Source: Setoptus koraiensis (lineage: Eukaryota; Animalia; Arthropoda). Taken from it: a DNA stretch of 64,000 bases. The notes beneath the pieces were generated by a model that ran no database searches, was not told the origin of the DNA, and saw nothing but the letters and a program-made list of their open reading frames with translations. This document shows, piece by piece, positions 12,899-23,482 of this stretch. The stretch covers positions 14,508,001-14,572,000 of the forward strand of contig CM106586.1 in assembly GCA_048013815.1 (NCBI GenBank). The letters are read 5' to 3'. Positions within the stretch are counted from its first letter, which is position 1. Each line of letters opens with the position of its first letter. The position numbers and the translations under genes are program-made.

Positions 12899-13456
12899 CA
12901 CGGTCATCCAAATCTTGCGATTGTTTGTTTGTATTTTAATTATCGCCCAACTGATAAAATTTGTGTGTCTCTTTTCACTGGCTAAGTTATTTATTTAGTT
13001 GTGGCGCTATGATTCGATGTGCAATCAAGCTTTCTTCAATTTTTCTCAGCATCACTAACCGTAATAATGAGCTGCCGAACACTGCAAACTCATGCCACTT
13101 GCCAAACAGAATTAATTTCAATAGATTAACAAGTAGCCCTACCCCTTTTGGAGGGCATATTTTCGAGCTTTACAAGATTCGGTTTGGTTCTCAGGAGATT
13201 GTTTCTCTATGCTACAATCATGCAACTATTTTCCGACATCCCCTACATCTGCAAACATTGTTCTGTCGCTCGACATTATCAGAAACTATCTCGATACGTC
13301 CACTGCCGTAGATAGTTTGATCTTACGACGAATTCAATTCGTCTTTCATGAAACATCGCCTCAATTATGAACAGAGATCTCGCAAAATTAAACTGTGCAA
13401 TCACCAAAAATTAACTAAAACAATATACAAAGATCCACACACCAAATCTGAACAAT

Positions 13457-13825
13457 ATGGATTTAAATAAGATCAGAACAATCTCGCTGTGCTTGGTGTT
13501 CGCCTTCGTTCTTGCAACAATAATTCTAACAATGACAGGGCCAGATCAGGTTCACTGCAAGTCATTGATTAAAAAAATGTTAACAAAGAAGAAAGAAATC
13601 AAGATCCTCCAACATTTGGCGGTGGTAGCCACTGTGTTGGGAAAAAGAAAGAAATTCATGATGCCATTGCCACTTGTGTTACCTGTGCCGTTTCCAATCA
13701 TCCATAATCATCAACCGATCATTTCACCAGAAGGAATAGATCTCGGACTTGCCTTTGAACAGATTGGATCTAAATTCGGAAAAGGTGGCTTCGGGGCCAT
13801 CGGTGGTGGACTTGTGAGAAAATGA
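13457..13825 (+). CDS. Small secreted or membrane-anchored orphan protein (122 aa) with Lys-rich and PLPLVLPVPFP motifs
   Basis: Clean ATG-TGA ORF. Hydrophobic N-terminus (ISLCLVFAFVLATIILTMTG), basic segment, Pro-rich segment and Gly-rich tail. Confidence 0.75.
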   Translation: MDLNKIRTISLCLVFAFVLATIILTMTGPDQVHCKSLIKKMLTKKKEIKILQHLAVVATVLGKRKKFMMPLPLVLPVPFPIIHNHQPIISPEGIDLGLAFEQIGSKFGKGGFGAIGGGLVRK

Positions 13826-14419
13826 TCCACATGCAGACATGCAAAAAGGAAAAAAAAACTATTAATTAACAAACTAACTAAGAAAATGCCTCAAACCTAG
13901 ACTAATCGCCAAAAACATCTGCAATAAAATTATCACTTTTCGATACACAAACAATGGTAATTTTCGTTTCGATGAATAGTTTCACTCAAGTTTAAAACTT
14001 AATTACTGCATAGTTTTAGAGGGCTATCCTCTAGGGTAAAAAAATTCGCAAGTCTATGAAAGTGAAACCATTTATCCATTGAGATTGGATTCGAATCACC
14101 ATTGATATCGATGAGTAATTGACAGTGCTGGTAATTTCATCGACGAATCTGGCGACTATCATAGCTAATCCTTCGAAAATTTTTATCCAGAGATCAAACT
14201 GCCATTTTGTGCATAGTAAAGAAACTCATGGCGAGAACAATTTCAATTATGCGCACGGGTTGGAGCCACCTGATCCGTTAAACCAGTGCTGTAGGTGAAA
14301 ACCAAACCAGGGGACTAATTCAAACGGTCTCTCACTGTCGGATTGAGTGGGAATTTTTGATCGAAATCATTCGGTTCAAATCATGATCGAAATCGTTTGA
14401 TTTAAATCAAAAATAAACC

Positions 14420-15020
14420 AAAACCATAAGCATCTCTTAATAGTTTTAGAGTTTCTATGGCCGCGATACTTGTGCTCACAATTGAATGTCCTTGAATCAA
14501 AAACGTATGGGTCTTCATCATTGAATGACGCTAACATCTTGCTTCCAATTGAATTGTGAGCTACAGATGTAGCAATATTAGTATATGAGATCCCGGGGTC
14601 CCTGTAGTTAATGGATCAACTTCGTCCTGGGCATTCTTTTTAAGCATCCTACTATCATACAGATAGATGTAGGGTGAAGTTCCAGCAACTAACAACTTGG
14701 TAGTATCTATCGGATAAGAATTTATGGTATGCAAACTGCATAATCTATCACTATTTGAGGTCTTCACCACAAATAATTTGTTTACGTTTCGCGTTCTTGT
14801 ATCTATCTCATGAACGCTAGCATCTAGACTACAGGTGGCAACCGTTTTGGGTGATGTAAAAGCAAAGCAATAAATTTATTCCCTTTGTGCATGTAACAGA
14901 TCTGATTGTTCAGTTTTCAAATCTAGAAGACGAACAGTCCCATCTCTGGAGGCAGTAATGATGCTAGTATCATCATTGAGCCAGCAGCTTTGGAATATGC
15001 CCTCGTCACGTCCACTAATT
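14420..15020 (-). pseudogene. DCAF8: DCAF8-like WD40 gene, disrupted
   Basis: Segments ISGRDEGIFQSCW..IITASRDGTVRLLDL, VATCSLDASVHEIDTR, LHTINSYPIDTTKLLVAGTSPYIYLYDSR and MLASFNDEDPYVFD..YRGHRNSKTIK follow the order of DCAF8 WD repeats. In-frame TAA at 14878-14876 and a frameshift near 14583. Confidence 0.65.
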
Positions 15021-15392
15021 AGCTTCTTTTTTAATCGGATTAATTAATTGGATAAAAATCTGGTTACATTTGAAAATGGGATTTAAATCACGGTTTTGAT
15101 GGTTTTTATTGATTTGACAGTGTCGGATGAAGCAATTAACTTATATTATTGTGCAACAGCATCTGTGGATGATTGCTTCGATGTGCAAATCGGATATTTG
15201 TCTGTGAGTGATACCGGAATTTGGTTGATTTAATAAAGAAATTAAATGAACAAATACTGTATACTTTAGATGTTAGGTGGAATCCACTTATTTGTTTGGG
15301 CGGACATTAGAGAGCTCTATGGAAACTCTAGTATAGAGCTGTCATGTCCTTTCGAACCCAGTTGTTCGATTTTTGTCTGACCTCCGTATGTA

Positions 15393-17279
15393 TCAGTTCG
15401 ATGTTATCAGGCGACATAAATTTCTCAGCTCGTAGTAAAACAATAGTTTTTCGTCTTTAGCAATTGCGTCTGTCATCGACGATTCTCTGGCCAGCCAAGA
15501 TTTGTACAAGTCTAACCTATTTATGGGCACCATGAAGCTGTTGATTTCTTCGCAATCTTCCGACAGAACACCAGCATCATTTGATCCATCTCCGACAAGT
15601 GCCGTCATCCTTTTCACGCCTAAACCGCTTTCACTAGATGTACTTACAATCATGTCGAAAAATTGCTTCAGCGTATGACCCGTCACCTGTAGTTCCTCAG
15701 GTTTGTCATTGCTTTCGTCGGAATTTCCATTGGTCCATTGTGCAACAATCCTGCAGATGTTATTCAGTATGCTCAGTTGACACATTGATTTGTATCTATT
15801 CTGGCTCTTGCGCACGATCCAATTGTCGTTTGTTGGTTCATTGAAATTTGCATCCATATACTGGTCAATATTTCTCAGATATGCCATTTCCATCGCGCTA
15901 ACAAGCGCTTCCCATTGAGGCTGGTAACTACTTTGAAGCTGCTCGTCATTTTCGAGCAGCAATTTCATCTGATAAAGTTTCAACAATGCACCCTTGGAAA
16001 GGTAATGCTTTTCTGGTTCAATAGTGGTCAGTTCGTGAAGTAGTTTGTCTTTCTCATCGTGATCCAATTCTGACAACGTGGCACCCATCACAGCAGGACT
16101 GTATCTGTTGGCCAAAACAACTTGTCGTTCTTTACTAACTCTGTGTTCGTCTGAAACAACACTTGGCCCCAACTCAGTGGTAAGCTCTGTCTTGGGACAT
16201 CGACTATTGTCGCGAACTTCCAACTCAATCTCTTGAGTCTGTCTACTGATTTGCTTGTTTGATTCAATTAATTCCTCGTAGTATTGCCGTATACCATTCA
16301 ATTTGTCACTCAATTCCTTATTCAAATACAATTGTTCGTCCTGTTTCCCATTGATCAGATTCAATTTTTGTTGCAGCTCCTCATTGAGCGACAATTGTTG
16401 TTTATACAAGGTCTCATAATTTTCCAATATTTTGTTTTTGTCCAGTTCAGCTTGATACGTCACTTGTAGTTGCCCATAACTGCGCTTTATTTCCTCTGTC
16501 AATCTATCCCGATCTGCATCTCTCATTCGCAGCGTCTCCAATTCGGATCGCAACTCTGCCATAACTGTCAACTGGTCTTGGTATTTTTGTTCCAGTTCTT
16601 TTAGCATGACCTCGTTAGATTCCCGGGTCGCTTCATTTGGATTTTGATCTAACATTTGAGCATCTTGAATATATTCAGATGGCGCTTCTCGTGCAACCAC
16701 TGGAACAGCGACAACTTCTGGATTTGAAAGGGTTTCTTGATTGGGATCAATTTCCTGATTGAGTGGCATCTCTTGATTGCCGATTGCCTCTTCGGGAGCG
16801 ATCTGAGCAATATCGCGACAATAGTCCATGATTCTTTGCTGGTTGTCTCTTGGGTACAACCAATAATCCACGCAATTTTCCAAGTCGCGTTTCACCATTG
16901 GGTCTAATTTCTGATTTGGAGTCGCTAAGATTTCATTGAATACTTCACCCCAATTGTCTGGCAGATCCGTGTTGGCCCGTTGCCTGAATCTGGCTATCGA
17001 AGGGGCATTCTTCTGCGAGTTTTCGAAGAATTTTTTCCAGTAGGATCTGCACCTCTCATTCAACTTAAGATTTTTGAATAGGAAGCGCCACTCCGTCAGC
17101 AACTGTGGTGTCCACATCGGACCCTCCGTTTGCTCTGCATCCTCGACTGCATAAGACTGAGGGTTGACATTCTCTATGTTGCTCCAATCTTCGTTCATAG
17201 CGCCATAAGCACTAGAAATTCCAATAAACAAACTGGTGACAATCACCAATGACCTGAGAGTTGCCGGCCACTTTTTCAT
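15393..17279 (-). CDS. Orphan secreted protein, about 628 aa, with central coiled coil
   Basis: Uninterrupted 646-codon frame. Likely start is MKKWPATLRSLVIVTSLFIGISSAYG (signal peptide) at 17279, downstream of a polypyrimidine/AG acceptor. Heptad-rich middle; no known domain recognised. Confidence 0.85.
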   Translation of the reverse strand: MKKWPATLRSLVIVTSLFIGISSAYGAMNEDWSNIENVNPQSYAVEDAEQTEGPMWTPQLLTEWRFLFKNLKLNERCRSYWKKFFENSQKNAPSIARFRQRANTDLPDNWGEVFNEILATPNQKLDPMVKRDLENCVDYWLYPRDNQQRIMDYCRDIAQIAPEEAIGNQEMPLNQEIDPNQETLSNPEVVAVPVVAREAPSEYIQDAQMLDQNPNEATRESNEVMLKELEQKYQDQLTVMAELRSELETLRMRDADRDRLTEEIKRSYGQLQVTYQAELDKNKILENYETLYKQQLSLNEELQQKLNLINGKQDEQLYLNKELSDKLNGIRQYYEELIESNKQISRQTQEIELEVRDNSRCPKTELTTELGPSVVSDEHRVSKERQVVLANRYSPAVMGATLSELDHDEKDKLLHELTTIEPEKHYLSKGALLKLYQMKLLLENDEQLQSSYQPQWEALVSAMEMAYLRNIDQYMDANFNEPTNDNWIVRKSQNRYKSMCQLSILNNICRIVAQWTNGNSDESNDKPEELQVTGHTLKQFFDMIVSTSSESGLGVKRMTALVGDGSNDAGVLSEDCEEINSFMVPINRLDLYKSWLARESSMTDAIAKDEKLLFYYELRNLCRLITSN

Positions 17280-18761
17280 ATCGGAAAGCGCTTCGACGTG
17301 GTATCTTTGATCGGAGATGCAAAAAAAAAACAAATTAGTCTGACAAATTATCTACTGTATATTTCTGTTTCGATTTTTAAAGTTACTACACCTCTGCAGC
17401 TCGCCATCCAACTTGAATATCGTTTGTACCTGTCAGCGTAAGGCGCACGCATGTCAAGCCAGAAAAATTAAAAATATACTCTTGTATATTAGATATCATC
17501 AACATGCGGACTGTCGATGTCAGGTATGGATATATTTAGACAATTTGTAACAATGAGCACAGTAAAGTAAGACCTAAAGTGTTTCGTTCAATGATAGCTA
17601 GGTTGCTTTACAAACTTTTCATAAAAAAGTCCTGTCTCAATAAGCCTGGATCCAATCATTTGGGATACAGCATTACCAGGTAGTTTGGATTTTTTTTTGC
17701 TGAAAATGAGCCTCTTGTGCTCTCGGTTTATACATCATCAGATCCAGCATCTAATTTCATCTCAAGGGTAACTGTGCCTCTTGTGAGTACATAGATGTGG
17801 GGAAACTCTCACACAGATTTCCATTTAGATCATTTTGCACGGGCATTGCTGTCGAGTGAACTTGATTTAAATATCGTTGCATCGTTTCACAAACGCCTAG
17901 TTATCATCAGATCTAAATCAGAGTAACACAATGACTTTGTATACCAGCTGGCCCAAACTTGGGTTTGGATTCTCTTTACATCATCATATCGATCATTCCA
18001 GGGAACCCATCTCCTGAGCATCAAATAGAAAAAATTTCAAACAAATACTGAAAGTCATTGCCTTTCTGATATGAGTTCTATCATAAAACATAATAGTCAG
18101 AAACAGTTTAGTTTGTTTCTGCATCGGCAGAGTGTTTACACGACAATCACAAAGGGCTATTGTTGTTACATTTAATTTATCATTTTTATTGAGGTTAATA
18201 TATAATTGATTTGAAAGAGATGCTTTTGATCAGTTATTCAATCACGAAACAAAGGGCAATAGCTGATTTGCTGCTTGTTGAGATAATATTGTTACCACTA
18301 TCTGTTTATTGTCGGTGTTGTTTACATTGATGACAATCAAGTCAATTACCTATCATTGGCAAAGCTCATATATCTATTACAAATTTTCGTTACATAACAA
18401 TTTATTTCACTTTATCTATTTATGATAGTTTTAATTTGACAATTGACTGAATACATACGCGTTTATCTATGCGCCATCGTGTTTGTTGTGTTCGGTATCT
18501 AAGCGACAATCTTGTCCTAGATGCCTAACTTCCATTTACTTAATAGATTAATAAGTTGATCCGACGAATCGGTAGTTAATGAAAAGAAGTCTCAAATGAA
18601 GCTAATTCGATGCTCAAGTACGAGGTTTATCGGCGTATGCAAGTAGCTAATTGTATTAATTAGTGAGAAGGTTTGGACCAAGATTAGCTATAGATTGATT
18701 GCTTTTGTACAGTACCAATCGTACTTGCGCAATCGATTTTCCCGGTGAATCAAATAATATA

Positions 18762-19748
18762 ATGGTCAGGTCAGCGATAGAACCTCAACACGATGGGGAA
18801 GACGAAGAAAGTCTAAGTTGGATTGCGTCACAATCTACCATCAAAGAAGATCGTTCAAAGACTAAAAAACGGGTCATCATCTGCATTCTGATCATGGTTG
18901 TGATTGCAGCAGCTCTTGGTAAGTGTTTCCTGATGAATCTTGCCCTATAAATCATTTCCTTTCACAATGTTTCCTTCCCTTACTAATTCGAAATCGTTTT
19001 TTGCTTAAATTCATTTGTGACAATCTTTAAACAACGCCAAGTGTATTGCGTCATAGCTCTCCTCAATGACAAACTGTTCGCTTACCTGGAGGAAGAAGAA
19101 AACCAAACATTGAAAGTTGATTCAATGTTATGCAGTATGATAGATGATACTAAAATATTGCCGGCGGCTCAAAGTCTCGTGAATAGTGTAACAACGAAAA
19201 CAAGCAGAGATAATCGAGTCAGAGTTCTAATTGAGGCTTATTTTCACATCAGGGATCTGAGCACAGGAAAATCGATGGGAAGTTTGCCGCTAATAAGCGA
19301 TCTCAAGAAAACTAAACTCAATGAGACAAAACTCAATTATTACTATGGAGCGCACGCGATTCAATTTATTGACACAGGCCACATAGATAATGCTATTTGT
19401 AAATTGATAATTCTTTCTCAATGCATCCAATTGCAACTATTGCTCTCGTATGACATCGATGACGCTTTGATTGTTACGCAAATCGGAGCTGATATGAATT
19501 ATCTCACTTATAAAAGTGAGTGGAAACTAGCGATCGATTTGAGTGACCAGCAGCAACAGTTCAACTTTAAGTTTGGTCGCACCAACGACAGCTATCAATT
19601 TTTATGCGCCAATCCAATGTGGCTTGACGGATTCACCAGGCCCCAAAATGAGTTCAACATCAGTCTCGAGGTGCGACAGCTTCAGCTAGAGTTGCAAACA
19701 GATAAAAACTATATATTGGCAGATAGGCCTAAGTGTCAGATGATTTAG
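18762..19748 (+). CDS. Two-exon type II membrane protein, about 282 aa (exons 18762-18918 and 19057-19748)
   Basis: G|GTAAGT donor at 18919 and CATAG acceptor at 19056 join in phase; total 849 nt. N-terminal TM (VIICILIMVVIAAALG) follows a basic KTKKR. The ectodomain carries N-x-S/T sequons and Cys residues. Confidence 0.75.
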
Positions 19749-20038
19749 TCATTTCATCTAAGAAAAACAATTGCATTATCGTTATTTATTAATATCAAGC
19801 GTCGGTCAATTTAAACCAACATTTGCAGAGCTTCCTCGGGTAACAATAAAAACAAATTTGCCATCCCATCGAATCCGAACAATGTTGTTCCCAAAGAAAG
19901 CTTTCCCCGAATATATTTAACGTTCGCGCTACACAAATGCAATCGATGCAATTTATCAGATTTATATCCTTGCGAAAGATGTGGCTGTAGAAATTTTTCC
20001 GAACAACCAACCAACCCACTATCACTATGATAGTGACA

Positions 20039-20434
20039 CTATCCCTCAAAGATGCTGGGCGGTTTTTGTCCTGTAAGTCTGTTGATACCCTGTTGAATTT
20101 CATATCTTGTAGTGGGACCTTGCAATTGCAATTCACGCAAAGCCTTGCACTGAATCTTCACAAGCGGATTTGACTGGCCTGGGGGTTCTGAGGGTCGGTA
20201 GCAATAGCGCTGATGAAGTGAAGGACCCTGGCGTCTTATCGGACTTGGTCTTCCCATGGATAAAATGTTTTCATTGAAATCGTGCAGTCTTCTCTCTAAG
20301 TTTACTATGCCCTGTGTGAATGGACTTAATATCGGTTCGGGTTTAAGAATTGATTGATCTTCGAAAACCAGAGCGTGTGTGAGTGACAGATAAGCAGTGA
20401 GGCACAGAACAGCAACAATGATTAATTTGTTCAT
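20039..20434 (-). CDS. Small orphan secreted protein, about 131 aa
   Basis: Signal peptide MNKLIIVAVLCLTAYLSLTHA; two Cys in the mature part; clean ORF. Confidence 0.8.
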   Translation of the reverse strand: MNKLIIVAVLCLTAYLSLTHALVFEDQSILKPEPILSPFTQGIVNLERRLHDFNENILSMGRPSPIRRQGPSLHQRYCYRPSEPPGQSNPLVKIQCKALRELQLQGPTTRYEIQQGINRLTGQKPPSIFEG

Positions 20435-21294
20435 GTTGATAATATATTGGCACAAAAAGTGAATTCGATGATGAGATATCTAGGGTCACTTGGTAAATTT
20501 TGGTACGTTGGTCTCGATTGGAGTGTTTTCACAAATAATCACATCACATTTGGATTGGGCCTTTTATAAGTTACGCATGTTTACGTGTTCCAATCAACGG
20601 CATGATTGTATACTGTATTTATCACCACAAATCTCCGAGTACCACGAAGAGATGCACGTCTATACATTTTTGGGACGCGCTTATCGAGCTACCCTACTAG
20701 CCTACCCTCATAGAAGCAAAACCTGTTTCAGAAGATTGTTCTCCCAATCTGAGACGATAATTAGTAATAATTAGTGTGTGCTGCTTTTCCTCGGCCTTTC
20801 CTCCAATGGAAATACAAAAAATGAATTCACCTGGGATTACTTGGTTGATCAATTGTAGGAAACATCACCAAGGCTCGGCAGTTTTCATTTACTAATTGGC
20901 AGACTTCACTAATGGAGGAGTGATAAGAAGATGACACCATAGAAAATTTGATCCTGCAGAAGGTTTTTACCACCGTACACGGTTAAATTTTATTACATAA
21001 GCACGCAGCAGTTGCTGATTGTGTATTAGTTGCGTAATTAAATGACATTTACGCCATCAGTAATTGAATTTGTTGCATGACTTCGATGAAGTACAAGCTA
21101 ACTTCAATCGCCTGATAGCAAATGAAAATATCTATTTGCAAACAACAAATATCGTCAGTACTATGTAGAAATCGTACAAGTTTTGTATCAATCTCTAATC
21201 AAATCACTGACACATGAAGTGACTGATTAAAGCAAGGATTCAACATGTAAAAATATTCACACATCTTATTCAGTGATGATGAACCATGAAGCAT

Positions 21295-21794
21295 NNNNNN
21301 NNNNNNNNNNNNNNNNNNNNNNNNNNNNNNNNNNNNNNNNNNNNNNNNNNNNNNNNNNNNNNNNNNNNNNNNNNNNNNNNNNNNNNNNNNNNNNNNNNNN
21401 NNNNNNNNNNNNNNNNNNNNNNNNNNNNNNNNNNNNNNNNNNNNNNNNNNNNNNNNNNNNNNNNNNNNNNNNNNNNNNNNNNNNNNNNNNNNNNNNNNNN
21501 NNNNNNNNNNNNNNNNNNNNNNNNNNNNNNNNNNNNNNNNNNNNNNNNNNNNNNNNNNNNNNNNNNNNNNNNNNNNNNNNNNNNNNNNNNNNNNNNNNNN
21601 NNNNNNNNNNNNNNNNNNNNNNNNNNNNNNNNNNNNNNNNNNNNNNNNNNNNNNNNNNNNNNNNNNNNNNNNNNNNNNNNNNNNNNNNNNNNNNNNNNNN
21701 NNNNNNNNNNNNNNNNNNNNNNNNNNNNNNNNNNNNNNNNNNNNNNNNNNNNNNNNNNNNNNNNNNNNNNNNNNNNNNNNNNNNNNNNNNNNNN
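21295..21794. other. Assembly gap (500 N)
   Basis: Run of n characters. ORFs spanning it are artefacts. Confidence 1.
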
Positions 21795-22345
21795 CTACTC
21801 GATATATACCTCTTGTGCTCGGAGAAATTCGACAGGTTCTATAAAGGAAATTCCTCGTCAGAAGGTCAGGCCATATCGGACTCCCGCTTGACTCTCCCGC
21901 CCAGGAGGGGTCTCAATCGAGACTTCAAACGCATCGTAAAACATATACATTATGCTTCTACCTTGGTATTGGCCCTAGATATAAACGTAACTTTATTGAG
22001 GCCGCCATAGTTTTTCGTTTGTTTGATTCTAGAGTACGGGGCAGGTGAAAGGCAAGAGGTCTGACCTATATATGACGGGAGGAATGAGGGGGAGAAATCT
22101 CTCCCCTAATCTCTAAGAGAATCTAGTGATCGGCACTTTCGAATCTGGCGCTAGAAACTACAACCAATGCGATCTTTTTGTGCTTTTGTACCGTAGAATA
22201 GATACAATATTATCTTGTTTCCATCGACATTATATATTGAATATCTCGAAGAATATTTACATACCATATTTATATTTTCAATTGATTTAATTCAGGTAGA
22301 ACCAGTGACACTCTCACACACCCTCATTAGTAATTAATATTAATT

Positions 22346-23482
22346 ATGAAGCTCACAATAACATCAGAAGACAATGTCTTCGAGACAAATATCGGTGGAG
22401 ATATGGAATTAGAAAATTTCATCGCCTACTGTCAAGCAGAGACAGATCTACCAGTGGACAGTTTTCATTTAGTACACAATGGAAGAATATTGAATTCAAT
22501 GAAAAGTACTGTCAGCCAATTGGGTATTGTTGATGGCGACATGATACTTATTGCACCTAAACAAAGCGGCATATCTCATCAAACCGCTAACTCCCCCTTT
22601 GGTGTCAATGCCAATGCCTCAGCGTCAGCTAACAGGACACTTCCATTCAATTTTGGCACCAGCGCAATGACTTCAAGTCATAGGACAAATCCTTCCATCA
22701 CGAGCGATTCGTCTCGTCACGGACGTCAGTTTGATCAATCTAATATCATCGACGATGAAATTACATTGGAACAAGCATCGAAAGTGAGAGACTCTTTTCT
22801 AGCCAATAATGAAGAAATGACTAGTTTGAAACTAAGCAATCCACCTCTAGCTGACGCCTTATGTAGTGGTAGTCTAGAGGAGTTTCATAAAGTAATGAAC
22901 GCTCAACATAAAAGGCGCCGCGAAGATCAGGCCCGCCAGAGAAGAATGCTCACCGCTGACCCATTTGATATTGAAGCCCAAAGGATGATCGCCGAGGAGA
23001 TACAAAGGCAACAAATTGATTCGAATATGCACGACGCCATTGAATTTATGCCAGAGGCTTTCGGTCAAGTGCACATGTTATATATCAAATGTAAAGTTAA
23101 TGGTACTCCGATAGATGCATTTGTCGATTCTGGTGCTCAGTCTACAATTATGTCGAAAGCGTGCGCCGAAAGATGCAACATAACTAGACTTATAGACAAA
23201 CGATGGTCTGGTGTAGCCCAGGGTGTTGGCACTCAGAAGATATTGGGTCGTATTCATATGTGTCAGATTCAAATAGAAAGTGATTTTCTACCTTCTTCAT
23301 TCAGTGTTCTTGAAGAGCAACCGATGGATATGCTTTTAGGGTTAGATATGCTAAAGAGACATCAATGTGTAATCGATCTCAAAGAGAACATTCTGAAAAT
23401 TGGAACAACAGGTTCTGTTACCAGATTTTTAAATGAGTCCGAGCTGCCCGCTCATGCGAGGTCTCATCATCACGATTCTTGA
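22346..23482 (+). CDS. DDI1: DNA damage-inducible protein 1 homolog (UBL + helical domain + retroviral-like aspartic protease), single exon
   Basis: N-terminal UBL, DPFDIEAQRMIAEEI, MPEAFGQVHMLYI, catalytic FVDSGAQ and MDMLLGLDMLKRHQCVIDL. Confidence 0.97.
   Translation: MKLTITSEDNVFETNIGGDMELENFIAYCQAETDLPVDSFHLVHNGRILNSMKSTVSQLGIVDGDMILIAPKQSGISHQTANSPFGVNANASASANRTLPFNFGTSAMTSSHRTNPSITSDSSRHGRQFDQSNIIDDEITLEQASKVRDSFLANNEEMTSLKLSNPPLADALCSGSLEEFHKVMNAQHKRRREDQARQRRMLTADPFDIEAQRMIAEEIQRQQIDSNMHDAIEFMPEAFGQVHMLYIKCKVNGTPIDAFVDSGAQSTIMSKACAERCNITRLIDKRWSGVAQGVGTQKILGRIHMCQIQIESDFLPSSFSVLEEQPMDMLLGLDMLKRHQCVIDLKENILKIGTTGSVTRFLNESELPAHARSHHHDS

Noticed and set aside
17640-18020. Minus-strand protein-like frame (RWVPWNDRYDD...EFPHIYVLTRG)
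   Set aside because: The stop density is not clearly below random expectation for AT-rich DNA, and no family was recognised.
21273-22010. ORFs spanning the N gap
   Set aside because: Artefacts of the 500-N run.
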